Shown piece by piece: positions 12,024-24,821 of a DNA stretch of 64,000 bases. The stretch is from Mustelus asterias (taxonomy: Eukaryota), in the NCBI RefSeq assembly GCF_964213995.1, contig NC_135808.1, positions 22,134,001 through 22,198,000 on the forward strand, read 5' to 3'. Under the pieces are notes generated by a model that had not been told where the DNA came from, made no database searches, and saw only the letters and a list, made by a program, of their open reading frames with translations. Positions within the stretch are counted from its first letter, which is position 1; each line of letters opens with the position of its first letter. Made by a program: the position numbers and the translations under genes.

Positions 12024-12566
12024 ACAACTAAAACAGATTAAATTCTACAAATTGAATAATGATAAAAATGAAAGGAAACAGCTTATCTTACTAATGCCTT
12101 TGAATTCCAAACAAGAAACATCCCTTTTAGAGTCAAAAGCCACTTTACATATAGCGAGCAATCATAAAATTACTTGACATAATGAGTGTAGACAGTGTGG
12201 AAGTTTTGGACAGGGAGAAAATGTTTCAGCAGCTTGCAGAAAACCTCTGTCTTGAAGCAAATTCCAGCCAGAAATGGAAAGCTGCTTCTCTACTACAGAC
12301 TTAGCTCCTCCCATTAACTACAACATCACACGACCCTGAACGCCGAAAACCTCTTTGCATTCCTTTAATCAAAACCACAGGGAAAATCACCATCTGTCAA
12401 AAACATCCCATTAGCTTTCTCGTACATGTCCAAAATTATAAATTATCCTACTTTCCCAGCATCTGAGCTAAATGTTTTCCAGATACACTGACTGCCTTCA
12501 GAATAGAGCTGTCTCTGTAAATAGTTCCCTCAAACATTAAAAATAAAACAATCAATATTGGTGAAC

Positions 12567-12712
12567 GGAGTCAGGGCGAAAATAGCATTCGTCAGGTTAG
12601 GATAGGCTGGAGTCAGGGTGAAAATGAAAATATTCAGGTTAGGTCAGGCTGGAGGGTCAGGGTGGGAATGGGAATAGTCAGGTTAAGTGAGACAGGATTC
12701 AGGGTAATAACT
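12567..12712. repeat. About 42-bp tandem repeat, about 3.5 copies
   Basis: ggagtcagggtgaaaat...tcaggttaggtcaggct repeated. Confidence 0.75.
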
Positions 12713-13349
12713 CGAATTGATTGTTGCCTTCAATGTAACAACTTCTTTAAACTCAATTAACACAAGTTCGTTGAACTAACCGTGGTGGGGAGGGTGGTAA
12801 GGGTGGTTAGGGGAGAGGAGGGTTGCCTTCGATGGACCCGGGAATGGGAGTGGAAAAGGAGTTACCAAAACATTTCCCAAACCAGCTTGGGTATGTATAG
12901 CTGCTGAGTTCCCATATGGTGTTATCTTCTCCTCTTCCCACCGCAGGTAAAATACCGGTGAGGTAGATTGAGTTCCTTAAGTGATCATTAAGTAGTGACT
13001 TAAGGGACTGAACATCCCAAAAGAGGGCAGAATTCCTGGAAGTCTCACAAAACCCTTCCTCAAACAGGACCAGGATTGAAAAACAGACTCCATAGTGAAA
13101 CATTCGGTAGGTTTCGGACAGGTGATGGTTTAATGTAAGTGATTTTATTAAATTCAGGGGCATAGTCACAGCTCTAACATTTTTGCCTCAACTCCTAAAC
13201 CTTGATCTCCCCCACTCTCTCAGTGTTGCTGAACCACTGGAGTATTACCCTGATGGAGTTGATTGGTGCCCCTCTCATCAACCCCTGTGGCAATAGCAGC
13301 CTCTGCACGCATCGGGCCCCCACCCGCCTGAGTGATGATTTTGAAAATG

Positions 13350-13690
13350 TTTTCTTTAATTCATTCAGAGGACATGAGCTGTCCAGCAATTACTGTCCAT
13401 CCATGGTTGCCCTTGAGGACAGTTGAGGGTCAACCAAATCGCTGCGGGTCTGCAGTCTTATATAGGCCTGACCAGGTAAGGAAGACAGATTTCCTTCCCT
13501 GAATAGTATTCGTGAATCAGATGGTTTTTCTGACAATGGCCAATGGTTTCATAGTGGTCGGTAGAGTCTTAATTCCAGTTTTTTTTTATTGAATTAAAAT
13601 CACACCAGCCGCCGAACCTGGTTCCCCAGAACTTTAGCTGAGTTTCTGGATTAGTAGTCTCGCGATAATACCACTAGGCCATCCTCTCCC
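13350..13690 (-). mobile_element. SacSINE1/DeuSINE-like SINE
   Basis: tttaattcattca...caattactgtccatcc...ccaggtaaggaagacagatttccttccctgaa...gataataccactaggcca. Confidence 0.6.
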
Positions 13691-15375
13691 CGATAGGAAA
13701 TGCACGGGAAGAAGGGTGGGGATCCTCCAAAGAAAGGGGGAAGAGCAGGGGATGTGGCGGTGGAAATGGAGGAGCTGGAGGACAGAAAAAAGGGGAAAGG
13801 AGAAGGGGAAGATAGAATTGGGAAAGGAGAGAGTGCTCACTGTGGGGAAGGGAATGGGAAAACTGGTTGGGAATGGAGTAAGAGAAGTGGAATCAAATTT
13901 ATTCACAGACAGGTTTCACAATACTGACTGGGATTTATAATTGGGATGTGTGAGAGGTTGTAGCAATGCTGAAAGTTATTGTTCACTCCCAGTGTCATTA
14001 AAAAAGGTCACGGTGCGTGACCGAATTCCTAATATGAATGACACTGACAAAGGAGGCAATTATTGCCCATCTCTCATTTCCCCAGATCTGTTCCTGTTAA
14101 AAAATCTACTCAGTGAACACATATTGAAAACAAACTGCAAATGCACCCCTTTACAAACCGGTGACCTTTCTATTCTTTACACTGCTCCTGATCCCTGGAA
14201 GTTTGTGCGGCTGCACGCAACTCCAGATAAATGGAACCTCCTGCAGCTCCAAACCTCCTCCCCATCTCTGTGCACTCCTTCAGCTCCTCGATTCCTCTTC
14301 ATTTCCCAAGCTTCCTCCACGGTCTACTTCTTGCTATTTCTGTAGCCTCCTTCAGCACTACACATCCTTCCTATCCCTGTCAGCCCCTTTGGACCTGGCA
14401 CCCCGTCATATGCCTGTAACATCTTCCAGCCATGGTACGCTGCAGGTGGGTGACCGTTACTGCCACAAGTTTAGACAGTACAAGTCTCACAAAGCCATTG
14501 CCTCTGTATTAAAGATGTAACTTTATTTAAATCAGCGGCCACCAGGAGTTAATGAAAGTAGCTCTGACAAAGAGCATCAAAACCTCTCCACTGAATGCAA
14601 CACATAGCATCAAAAACAGATCAATTATAGTTTGTTCTTATCAATTATCTTATCAATTACTTTCAGTAACTTTAAAATAATCATCTTCAAGAAAGATAAA
14701 TCAACAATAAAGACTGACATATGATTTCGCAAATAGTGTTCCACTCCTTAGCATAAAGTTACTTTATTAGTCCATGAAATCCGGAAGCTAACTCCTCTTT
14801 TGGCTGACCGCACACCCTGGTTGCCTAGTAGCCTAATATGCTCAGTCCAAACCTCAAATACAAGTTCTCACGGGTTCGCTTAAAGGTCACTGTCGATCCA
14901 GACTAACTCATGACACCACGTCCAGGCACCAGTTCATCACGTTCAGACAGTGAATAAACCCTATTCATGAAACACGATCAAGTGTTCTGAACGTACTTTC
15001 CAACCGAAACTTCAACTGGTAAAACTTACATGTTTCCAAGGTCCAATTATTCCCTCCAAATATGGCTTCATACTAATATTTTTACTATGGTGCCGAGTAA
15101 AAAAAAGCTTTTGGCTAAAGCGAACAATATTCTTTAAAATCAATAATAATATATTGAAAATATCAGCATATGCATCTAACAATGAGAATCACTCGTTTGA
15201 ATCAACTACTGCATCTCATCATTGTAAATTGATTCTTGTTAGCTGATAAACTTATTTTAAAGTCATTTAACTGAATGCTCCGAGTTCTGTCAGTGACTTC
15301 ATGTCTACTGGTTTAAAAATCTTACCACCCCATGCAGAGTTCCACTTACATACTCCTCGCCATTTTTCAGTTTCA

Positions 15376-16246
15376 TTAATTAAGTAACTGAAGAATTGAT
15401 ATAACCATATTTGTGATCAAATTCTTGAACTGCTCCCTGAATTTTGACTGAGTCACCCATAAATGAAAGCATTTGTGCAACAGTTTAAACTCAGCAACAA
15501 AACTGCAACTTCTGAAAAGATATATAAAGAATCGTTGTAATATTCAGGACTAATTCCTGACAGGTTATAATATATGAAATCGATAACATACAAAAGCCAC
15601 AGAAAAATGAAACTTCCAGATATGGTGAAGAGTAAAACCATAGACTTCCTTCTGCTTTCCATCTCTGGGTCATTGTGATTTTCTCAATTGCTCTTATATC
15701 TCAGGTCCTTACGGACTCGACTGGTCACTAAAATGTATCTGACTGTCAGAGCATTGCAAAGCAGAATTAAAATATATGGTAGCAATGGTGTTAAAATCTT
15801 ATCAAACCAGTCAAATCCCACCCATGCAGGATCAGTATGATAGCTTGGTTTTGCAAGTATCTCTCCAGGTTCAGATGTAAAGTAGAAAGGGACGTCTTTT
15901 AAACAGAGAAGAATGCAAGTTGGTGCTCGGACGATGATCGCAGTCCTCTCAGTACAGTCTTTAGCTTTCAGCTTCTGGCAACATATGGCCACAAATAGTC
16001 GAAGGAGAAAGACGGTGAACCAGACGGAACATTCAGTTGCTGCATAAAACAGGACAATGGTAACACTACACACAGGCGTAATGCTCAGGAAAGACACTGG
16101 GAAATAATATGAACATATCCGCCACAGTATGACCCCAGTGATAATGACCAGTAGATCCGCCGTTGCCATGGACACCAGGTATCGAGTTGTACACGTGGAG
16201 AGGCCACACTTACCCCGGGACAGGATCACAATCACGATTAAATTAA
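15376..16246 (-). pseudogene. GPR139-like gene 2, exon 2 (disabled)
   Basis: Acceptor ttccctcattacag| at 16247, then VNLIVIVILSRGKCGLSTCTTRYL... Lesions: the DRF motif is scrambled by offsetting indels (about 15995-16012), the ECL2 segment with the PWFC cysteine is deleted, there is an in-frame TGA at 15684-15686 (KSN*ENHNDPEMESRRKS), and a 1-nt deletion at IYG (about 15456). The natural end is ...ISILQLLN* at 15376. Confidence 0.9.
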
Positions 16247-16331
16247 CTGTAATGAGGGAAAAAGAGACCAGGAATTACTGAATGAAGAATTTTCATGTCG
16301 GGACACAGGTTAAAACTATTTTTAAAAAATC

Positions 16332-16608
16332 ACCATGGTGGCACAGTGCCTCACAGCGCCAGAGACCGGGGTTCAATTACAGCTTCGGATCACTGACTGC
16401 ATGGAGGTTGCACTGCCCCCGTGTTTGTGTGAGTTTCCTCCGCGTCCTCTGGCTTCCTCTCACCGTCCAAACATGTGTGGGTTAGATTAGTGTCGGGGAT
16501 TAGCAGGGTAAATATGAGGGGTAACGGGAATAGGGCCTGGGTGGAATTGTGTTTGGCGCAGGCTCGATGGAACGAATGGCCTCCTTCTGCACTATAGGAA
16601 TTCTATGA
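16332..16608 (+). mobile_element. HE1 SINE (internally deleted) in the gene 2 intron
   Basis: Head, V-domain and tail ggcctccttctgcactataggaattctatga. Confidence 0.85.
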
Positions 16609-16859
16609 TCTCACTCCCACCAGCTACCAGCACTTTGTCTTTCAGTCAGTTTTGTCAGTAGGCAATCAGCCCATCGGCTTCAGTATTATAATGGATTTGC
16701 CAGCCCCTGGATTGTTCCGTTGCACAGTTTAGGTTTAGTGGTCACAGGGTTTGAGAGTGAGGAGAAACATGGGGAACAATACAAGCAGACATTTGGAGTT
16801 CAGCACCGATATCAGAAGGACGAATTTCATGCACATTATTTCTTTTTATATAGACGCAG

Positions 16860-18590
16860 GTTTAAGCCATTCACCCCATCGAGCCATTCAATACAATCAT
16901 GGCTCATTATCCTCTTCAATGCCTGGTTTCCACACTCTCTTCAAACTCCTTTTTGTCATTATCATTTACGAATCTTCCAATTTAATCCTCAAACACACTA
17001 TTTTAGCTCTGGGGTAGAAAATTGCCACAAAGAAAACCCAATCCTCTGCATCAGATGGTTTTTCATCATTTTGGTTCTAAAAGTCTCCCCCCGACCTCAT
17101 TTTAAAAAAAAATCATGTCCCCTGCTGCCAGACTCACCGACCAGGGGAACGATATCCACATCTCCCGTCTATCCCTTTCAGTGCTGTGCTCGTTTCAGTG
17201 AGTTCGCCACTCCTTCTTTGAAACTCGAGAACGCAAGTCCAGTTTCGCAAATCCTGCTTCATGAGACAACCCCACCATGCCTGGAAGCAAAACGGCCGAA
17301 CATTCATTGCCTCCCCGCCCTCCGCACCTCCCACCCCTCGGCAATAATATCCTTTGGATAATGGGAGCAAAACTCACAAAGGACTCCAATGTATGGCGAA
17401 TTCAAAGTTCTGGACTATCAACCCCAAGAATTCGCGACGTCTGTTTTCAAATATTCTTGCACGAACGGCCCACCCAACATACCATTTACCTTGCAAATCC
17501 TCTCTCTCTCGATGATCACCAAGGCATCCAATGTCCCCTTGACGACATTCTTCAATATTTGGGAATACAAAAATTCAGGCCCAGGGATCTTGTCAACATT
17601 CAGTCCCATTGATTTATTCAATAGATCCTTATTACTAACAATGGCTGCCTCTTCCATTCTTCTTCGTCGCTTGGATCTCCTATTCTGGGATATCGTGGGT
17701 ATGTTCCTCATTGAAGGCAGACACGAGGTAATCATTTATCTTCTCCGCCCTTTCTCTTTTCCCGACTATGAATTATCCTGACTCTGCCTTTAATGACCGA
17801 CATTTCTCGTACACAAACGTTTCCTTTCGATATACCGATCAGTAGAAGCTTTAACAGTCCACTTTGATACATTTTGTTAGTTCACATTCCTCTTCTATTC
17901 ACTTTTTACCAGTTCATTTGATCCCTTTTGCATATCCTCCAAATCCTCAGCTTCACCACCATTTCGGACAATTTTAAAGGCCTTCTGTTTTTAATCTTAT
18001 GAAATCTTTATCTCCCTATGTGAGCCATGGTTGACTAACTTTCCTGTGGCGGGGGGCGGGGGGCGGGGGGGGGGGGGGCGGCGGGGGGCGGTTGTGCTTT
18101 GAAGGAAGGCATGTTTGTTTTAAACAAGAGAATAAATCTTTAAAAACTATCCATTGCCTGCATATCATCATGCATTTAATATATTTTCCTGATCCATTCA
18201 GCCAATTTGTCTTTCATAGTCTCATGGTTTCATTTGTTCAGATTTAACACACTAGTTTCACATTACCCACTTTGAAACATAATGTAAAATTCTATATTAT
18301 GGGCACTAATCTCCAAAAGTTGTTTTACAACAGAGTAGTTGGAATTTTCTGACACAATATCTGAAATAACCCGTTCTCTGGTCTGTTCCTCAACACTGTA
18401 AGAAAACCACCCCGAAGACATTCCAGATTCTTGTCCTCCAGAGCAGTTGTGCTCAATATGTTTATTGAGTTTATGTACAGATTGAAGTCCCCCATGATGA
18501 CTGCATTTACCCCGGCCACATCCTTCTCCATTCTCTTGGTTAATACCATTCTGCACGCTCCCGCTAATGTTTAGAACTCTACAAACAACT
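16860..18590 (-). mobile_element. Old, fragmented CR1 LINE
   Basis: VIMGDFNL (APE; 18325..18549) and MGLNVDKIPGPEFLYSQILK (17418..17735), with CR1 3'-UTR-like sequence near 16860-17300. Confidence 0.7.
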
Positions 18591-18822
18591 CTATGAAAAT
18601 AGAGTTGACAGTCTATAAATTAACAAATTTTGCTTCTGCTTTGCGCCAGTAAGGGCAGGACGATGAAAAAGGATGAGAAAACACAGCCTGAAATATGGTG
18701 AGAGGAGGGGAGATCTGTGATGGGCGAAACTAAATTGGCAACTCATAGCTGAATATATTGAGCAAGCAATTTGATAATTTATATTTAATAATAGAAAGGG
18801 GGGATTCTTGAGAATCTAAGTT

Positions 18823-19120
18823 GCGGCACGGTGGTACAGTGATTCGCACTGCTGTCTGACAGCGTTAGGGACCTGCATTCAATTCCAGCTCCGGGTGCAG
18901 TTTGCATGTTCTCCCCATGTCTCTGTGGGTTTCCTCTGGGTGCTCCAGTTGAATCTCACAGTCCAAAGATGATTGGCAAAGCGCAATTATACCTTATTGT
19001 CAGAGAAAGGAGCAACGTAAATCCATGGGGTGAGAGGAATGGGCCTGGGTGGGATTGTTGTCGATGTGGACTCGATGGGCGAATGGCCTCTTTATGTATT
19101 GTGGGCATTCTATGATTCTA
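18823..19120 (+). mobile_element. HE1 SINE (older)
   Basis: gcggcacggtggtacagtg... through ...attctatgattcta. Confidence 0.85.
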
Positions 19121-19129
19121 AAGGTTTCC

Positions 19130-19760
19130 AAATGTAATGACTGACAAATTATTTAAATTCACCGCCACCTTTAACAAGGCCATAAAAATTCATACAAGGC
19201 ACTGAGGTTAATTTCTAAGGAAATAGAATTCAACAGCAGAGGTTGTATTAAAATTCTGGAGGGCAATTAATCGAGTGCCACAGTTTTGTTTCTCATATTG
19301 CAAAAATGATTTCTGGGAAGTAAAGAAGGTGCAAATTGTTACACGAAGATAATAGCAAAACTGAAAGAAATTATAACTCTCTTGAAAGGTGGATTTGAAA
19401 AATTAGGAATGCAGGATATAATATTACAAATGGGTTTAATCGGTTTGGCACGGAAAGGTATTTCCAGTCGGTGTGTTCTCGAAAATTCGACATAATCAAT
19501 CTAAGATCAGTATAAATCTAGGAAAACATGCAGGAGCAATGTCCTTAATGACAGAATGGTAGAATGTGGAACTCGCTGCAACTTGGAGAAGTTAAATTGA
19601 ATGAAGGATGCATTTAGTTAAGTGGTAAATCGATAAGGCCGTGAGGTTTAATGCATTACACGATTAGGATTGTATAAAGAGTGATGTGGATGACTCGTGG
19701 AGCATAAACAGTAACACAAACCATTTGAATCAAATTTTCTTTGCATGTGCTGTAAACTAA
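19130..19760 (+). mobile_element. Very old CR1 3' fragment
   Basis: Degenerate ggaatagaattcaa-agcagag and gaatggtagaatgtggaactc motifs of the CR1 ORF2 C-terminus. Confidence 0.5.
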
Positions 19761-20877
19761 ACGCAGTTCAAAATAACCTGCGTGTGAATTATTCACAGGC
19801 ACCAATACCCTAATAACGCTGCGGACATTGGAATATTATGTACATAAGATCTATAAAGCAGACGTCGGAGTCGGCGATTCGACCCCTCAAGCTTGCTCCA
19901 CCATTTAGTAACGTCATTGCTGATCTGATTGTTGAACTCAAATCTGCATCCCGCCTACCGCTGCCCCCTTCACCCTTCTCCTGGGTGATCTATCGCCCCC
20001 TTATAGTCACAGTTTAATCACATCAGTTTTTATTCCCACTGGACCGATCTCTGTTGTCTTGAAATCCTGTATCTGTGTTCTCTGTGCTCTCACTGGAAGG
20101 GACACGCCTTACAGAACTAAGGGCAGCGATAGACATCAACGTTCTAAATCAGAGATAATTACTGTTCCATCAGATATTCACCAATTACTGAAGTGAACAA
20201 TTCAATTGCCACAACACAACATCCAATATACTGCAATAGATGGATCATCCGTGCCCCACAAATTCTCAAGAGTATGGTGGCTGAAGGGGTTGAATCAGCA
20301 AAAAAAAACAAATAGATAAATAGATCCAGGGTAAGAATAATGCTTATCCAGAGGTTTTTACCGCAGCAACTATTCTGCACCGCCGTTTACCTATCAGTAA
20401 ATAGTTAACATCTGCCTCTGTTGGTGAAGGTCAGGTGGAGACCTAATAGGATTAACTGATTGCACTAATTCGCAAACATCAACCAGTGGCAAAATATTCT
20501 CCATTCAGGGAAAAAAACATCGCCCGTGGACATCAATTCCATTCTTAAATTCCATGGATTTCAGAGATTATTTGCATAATTATGTAACATAATTCATTAT
20601 GTAATGTATACACCAACATCATGCTGAGCAGAGCATAGAAAAACTGCATTCATTGTGGACCCAAATGTATGGATTTCATTTTTGATGAGACTTTGTAGAA
20701 ATTGAATTGTAACATAAGAAATTAACAAACAGTACCAACTTGTTCCAGCCCTGTTAGGAGCCACATATGTACAATTCCAGAGTGCCAAACACTCCCGATG
20801 TTATCGTCCCTCTCAAAGTTTCCTTCACTGATGTCTGGTTCAGTTCTGTACAACACTCCATTGAAGGGAATAGCTTG

Positions 20878-21232
20878 GGGTTGCATGGTTATACGATGGT
20901 TAGCACTGTTGCCTCACAGCGCCAGGGACCTGGGTTCGGTTCTGGCCTTGGGTGATTGTCTGTGTGGAGTTTGCACGTTCTCCCTGTGTCTGTGTGGGTT
21001 TCCACTGGAAGCTACGGTTTCCCCACACAGTCCAAAGATGTGCAGGTTAGGTGTATTGTGCAAGCTAGACTATCCCCCAGTGTCCAAAGATGTGAAGGTT
21101 AGGGGTGTTAGCAATCTAAACATGTGGGGTTGCGGGGATAGGGCCGAGGTAAGATGTTTTTCCACAGACTTGGTGCAGATTCGATGGGCCAAATGTCCTC
21201 ATTCTGCACTGTGGGAATAGGGATTTTATGAT
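20878..21232 (+). mobile_element. HE1 SINE
   Basis: Head, V-domain and tail. Confidence 0.88.
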
Positions 21233-21429
21233 AATTGAGGGGAGGCAGCGTGTGAAAGGAAGGTATAATTTCAGCCGGTCATTCAAGGCATTTGACTTAA
21301 ACTGATATCAGTGATCTGTGGGATGGTGACAAATAGATTAGTATGTAACACTGCCAATGGCTGAATTGAATCAGAAACCAGGGCACACACACACAGATTT
21401 ACACCAATTCAATGATTATTGTCACTTAC

Positions 21430-21493
21430 CAGGAACACCGATAACAGCAAGAATCATGTAGTATATTTTCCTGATGCTGTGAAATGTTTCCAT
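21430..21493 (-). pseudogene. GPR139-like gene 2, exon 1 (METFHSIRKIYYMILAVIGVP + G); the exon itself is intact
   Basis: On the reverse strand, ATG at 21493, a 64-nt exon and donor GTAAGT from 21429. Paralogous to 2248..2311. Confidence 0.88.
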
Positions 21494-22008
21494 GCTTTCA
21501 TGTCTGTAGTGATCTGCCCCTTCGTGTGACAGTAATTGCACTGTATATAACACTTGCGAACTGATGACACTTAAAGGACCTTTACTTTGTACCCAGTGGG
21601 ATAACATTGAGGTGGCAACAATGTTAAAGTAGATTGTTGAAAAACAAACAAGTGACAGGTCACGAAAGCCTGAGTTACATCCCTGTTCTCGCAGAACATC
21701 TTTACCATTGAGATTGCATTAGACAATTAAAACCAGTGATCAACTTCGCTCACATTAATTAAGGAAAAATGGAACCTGTATTCACGCAGATCAATGGGAC
21801 CCCATTGGTCCATCTCCAGCCTTCATTCTATTTCAATGGACAGTTCACATTGCCGTGCATATTTATTTTACAATTAAAAACCAAACTTGAACTATTCTCA
21901 TGATTTCTTTTCCACTGCGTTTGAGAATTTTAGATATTGTCTTTAACTGTGGCCATCTCATCAAATAATTCAAGTGAGCATTTTACATCAATGGATTCTC
22001 AATCTACG

Positions 22009-22392
22009 ATGGCACGGTGGCACAACGGTTACCACTCGTGCCTCAGAGCACTAGGACCTGGATTCAATTCCGGCCTTGGGTGACTGCTTATGGAAGTTAC
22101 AAATTCTGCCCATGTCTGCGTGGATTTCCTCCGAGCGCTGGGTTTCCTCCCACAGTCCAACACCGCTGTGCAGGTCAGGTGGAATGGGCATGTTAATTCG
22201 CCCCTTAGTGTCCTCAGATGTGTAGGTTAGGTGGCTTGGCGGGATAAATGCATGGGGTTACCGGCATGACGGGTAACGCGGGGGAGGCGGGGGGGAGGGG
22301 GTGGATTGACCTGGTGAGATGCTCTTTGTGCGAAGCCGTGCAGACTCATTGGGCCAAATGGCCTCCTGCTGCACTGTCGGGATTCTATGATT
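22009..22392 (+). mobile_element. HE1 SINE
   Basis: Head, V-domain and tail gggattctatgatt. Confidence 0.88.
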
Positions 22393-22546
22393 GAATACTG
22401 CCCTCAAACGAATTCGGACAGAGGGACTTTGAGTATTCATGGATTTCAGCGATACACAATGTTTAATTTGCGGGAACAATGCGGCCATTTAGTGATGACT
22501 CGGCCGAACCCGACATTATGCCGAGAAACTGCGACATCCTCCCGAA

Positions 22547-22916
22547 GTCACGGTACGGCACGGTAGCACAGAGGGCGGCACGGTAGCACAGTGGTTAGCA
22601 CTGCTGCTTCACAGCTCCAGGGACCTGGGTTCGATTCCCGGCTTGGGTCACTGTCTGTGGAGTTTGCACATTCTCCTCGTGTCTGCGTGGGTTTCCTCCG
22701 GGTGCTCCGGTTTCCTCCCACCGTCCAAAGATGTGCGGGTAGGTTGGTTGGCCATGCTAAAATTGCCCTTAGTGTCCTGGGGATGCGTAGATCAGAGGGA
22801 TTAGCGGGTAAAATATGTGGGGGTAGGGCCTGGGTGAGATTGTGGTCAGTGCAGACTCGATGGGCCGAATGGCCTCCTTCTGTATTGTAGGGTTTCTATG
22901 ATTCTTCTATGATGAT
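22547..22916 (+). mobile_element. HE1 SINE (young) with a duplicated 5' head
   Basis: cggcacggtagcacag occurs twice (from 22556 and 22576) before an otherwise canonical element. Confidence 0.9.
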
Positions 22917-22929
22917 TCACACAGCCCTG

Positions 22930-23488
22930 AAGCCAACGCTACCTCTAAATGTAAGGCAGGAAAGGCAGCTCATCAGTCCTGGTTTTGAGTTTGAGACGAG
23001 ATGGAAAGTGTGATTAGGAAGCATGGGGGTCGCAAAATGGATTGAAGAAACAATTGCATCAGTGAGGATGGGATGACATGCTAAAGGGGTCATCAATCCA
23101 AACCATGTCGGTTGAGGTGAGTAATGAAAAGGACGCCATTTCACTGTTAGGATTGCACATTAGACTCAGCAAACAGAGAGATAGAAGGGGAAATGCGAAG
23201 ACACATCTCCGGGAAGCACAACAACAAAAAACAGTTTGGCAGTAATAGTGGAAATATTATTTCAAGCGCCATAATAACAACACAATAAAATTAGTGTGAA
23301 AGGGAGAAATGGAGCCAAATTCTTAAAAGGCATTCAGGACAACATGCGCATATACGTGCAAACCCAGTACAAGATGTGGCAGTTATAGACTTTGCTTCAG
23401 GGCAAGTATCTAGTCTTGGGGATAGGCATGTCAGTTGCGGAGCTCATTCGTGAAAACAATCATAATGGAATTAGACTTAGATTATTCA
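22930..23488 (+). mobile_element. Old CR1 endonuclease-region fragment
   Basis: Degenerate APE sequence ending NHNGIRLRLF|M (compare SDHNSVSFRTVMEK in the CR1 ORF at 36595..36984). It resumes at 24809 after the younger insertion. Confidence 0.55.
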
Positions 23489-24801
23489 AGCAGACGCAGC
23501 ATGGATTCATGAAGGGAAAGTCGTGTTTGACGAATCTACTGGACTTTTATGAAGATGTCACCAGTGCGGTTGACAGAGGGGAACCGGTGGATGTGGTGTT
23601 TTTAGATTTCCAGAAGGCGTTCGATAAGGTGCCTCACAAAAGGTTGCTGCAGAAGATTGGGGTACACGGAGTTAGGGGTAAGGTGTTGGCGTGGATTGGG
23701 GATTGGCTATCTAACAGGAAGCAGAGAGTTGGGATAAATGGGTGTTTTTCTGGTTGGCAGTTGGTGACCAGTGGCGTGCCGCAGGGATCGGTGCTGGGGC
23801 CTCAATTGTTTACCATTTACATAGATGATCTGGAGGAGGGGACTGAATCTAGGGTATTCAAGTTTGCTGATGACACGAAGGTGAGTGGGAAAGCGAATTG
23901 CGTGGAGGACGTGGAAAGTCTGCAGAGAGATTTGGATAGGCTGAGTGAATGGGCGAGGATCTGGCAGATGGAATATAACGTTAGTAATTGTGAGGTTATC
24001 CACTATGGAAGAAATAATCGTAAATTGGAATATTATTTAAATGGAGAAAAATTACATCGTGCGACTGTGCAGAGGGACCTGGGGGTCCTTGTGCACGAAT
24101 CACAAAAACTCAGTCTGCAGGTGCAGCAGGTGATCAAGAAGGTAAATGGAATGTTGGCCTTTATCGCGAGGGGGATAGAATATAAAAGCAGGGAGGTCTT
24201 GCTGCAACTGTACAAGGCACTGGTGAGGCCGCAACTGGAGTACTGTGTGCAGTTTTGGTCCCCTTATTTGCGAAAGGATATATTGGCCTTGGAGGGAGTG
24301 CAGAGAAGGTTCACCAGGTTGATACCGGAGATGAGGGGTGTAGCTTATGAGGAGAGATTAAACAGATTGGGTCTGTACTCGTTGGAGTTTAGAAGGATGA
24401 GGGGTGATCTTATAGAGACATATAAGATAATGAAGGGGCTGGATAGGGTCGAGGTGGAGAGATTCTTTGCACTTAGAAGGGAAACCAGAACTAGAGGGCA
24501 GAGCCTCAAAATAAGGGGGGGGGGGCGGTTCAGAACAGAGTTGAGGGGGAACTTCTTCGCTCAGAGGGTAGTGAATCTCTGGAATTCTCTGCCCATTGAA
24601 GTGGTGGAGGCTTCCTCGTTGAATATGTTTAAATCACGGGTAGATAGTTTTCTGATCGATAAGGGAATTAGGGGATATGGGGAGCAGGCGGGTAAGTGGA
24701 ACTGATTCGCTTCAGATCAGCCATATTCTTGTTGAATGGCGGGGCGGGCTCGAAGGGCCAGATGGCCTACTCCTGCTCCTATTTCTTATGTTCTTATGTT
24801 C
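23489..24801 (+). mobile_element. Young 5'-truncated CR1 (HER1-type) LINE; RT C-terminal frame still open
   Basis: QHGFMKGKSCLTNL, LDFQKAFDKVPH, GVPQGSVLGP and KFADDTK, open to the stop at 24705. Tail (TTCTTATG)n; TSD TTATTCA at 23482-23488 and 24802-24808. Confidence 0.95.
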
Positions 24802-24821
24802 TTATTCATGGCATAGGGCCA

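Noticed and set aside
16720-17361. 213-aa ORF in the gene 2 intron
   Set aside because: It lies largely antisense to decayed CR1 sequence, has a non-ATG start and has no recognisable domain.
18047-18090. Poly-G/G-quadruplex-like tracts (also 4477-4503, 8233-8300, 25665-25730 and 44073-44130)
   Set aside because: These are common low-complexity expansions inside repeats, their lengths are unreliable, and nothing indicates a specific function.
21494-21607. Upstream extension of ORF 21422..21607
   Set aside because: It has a non-ATG start and no similarity to gene 1; homology begins at the ATG at 21493.
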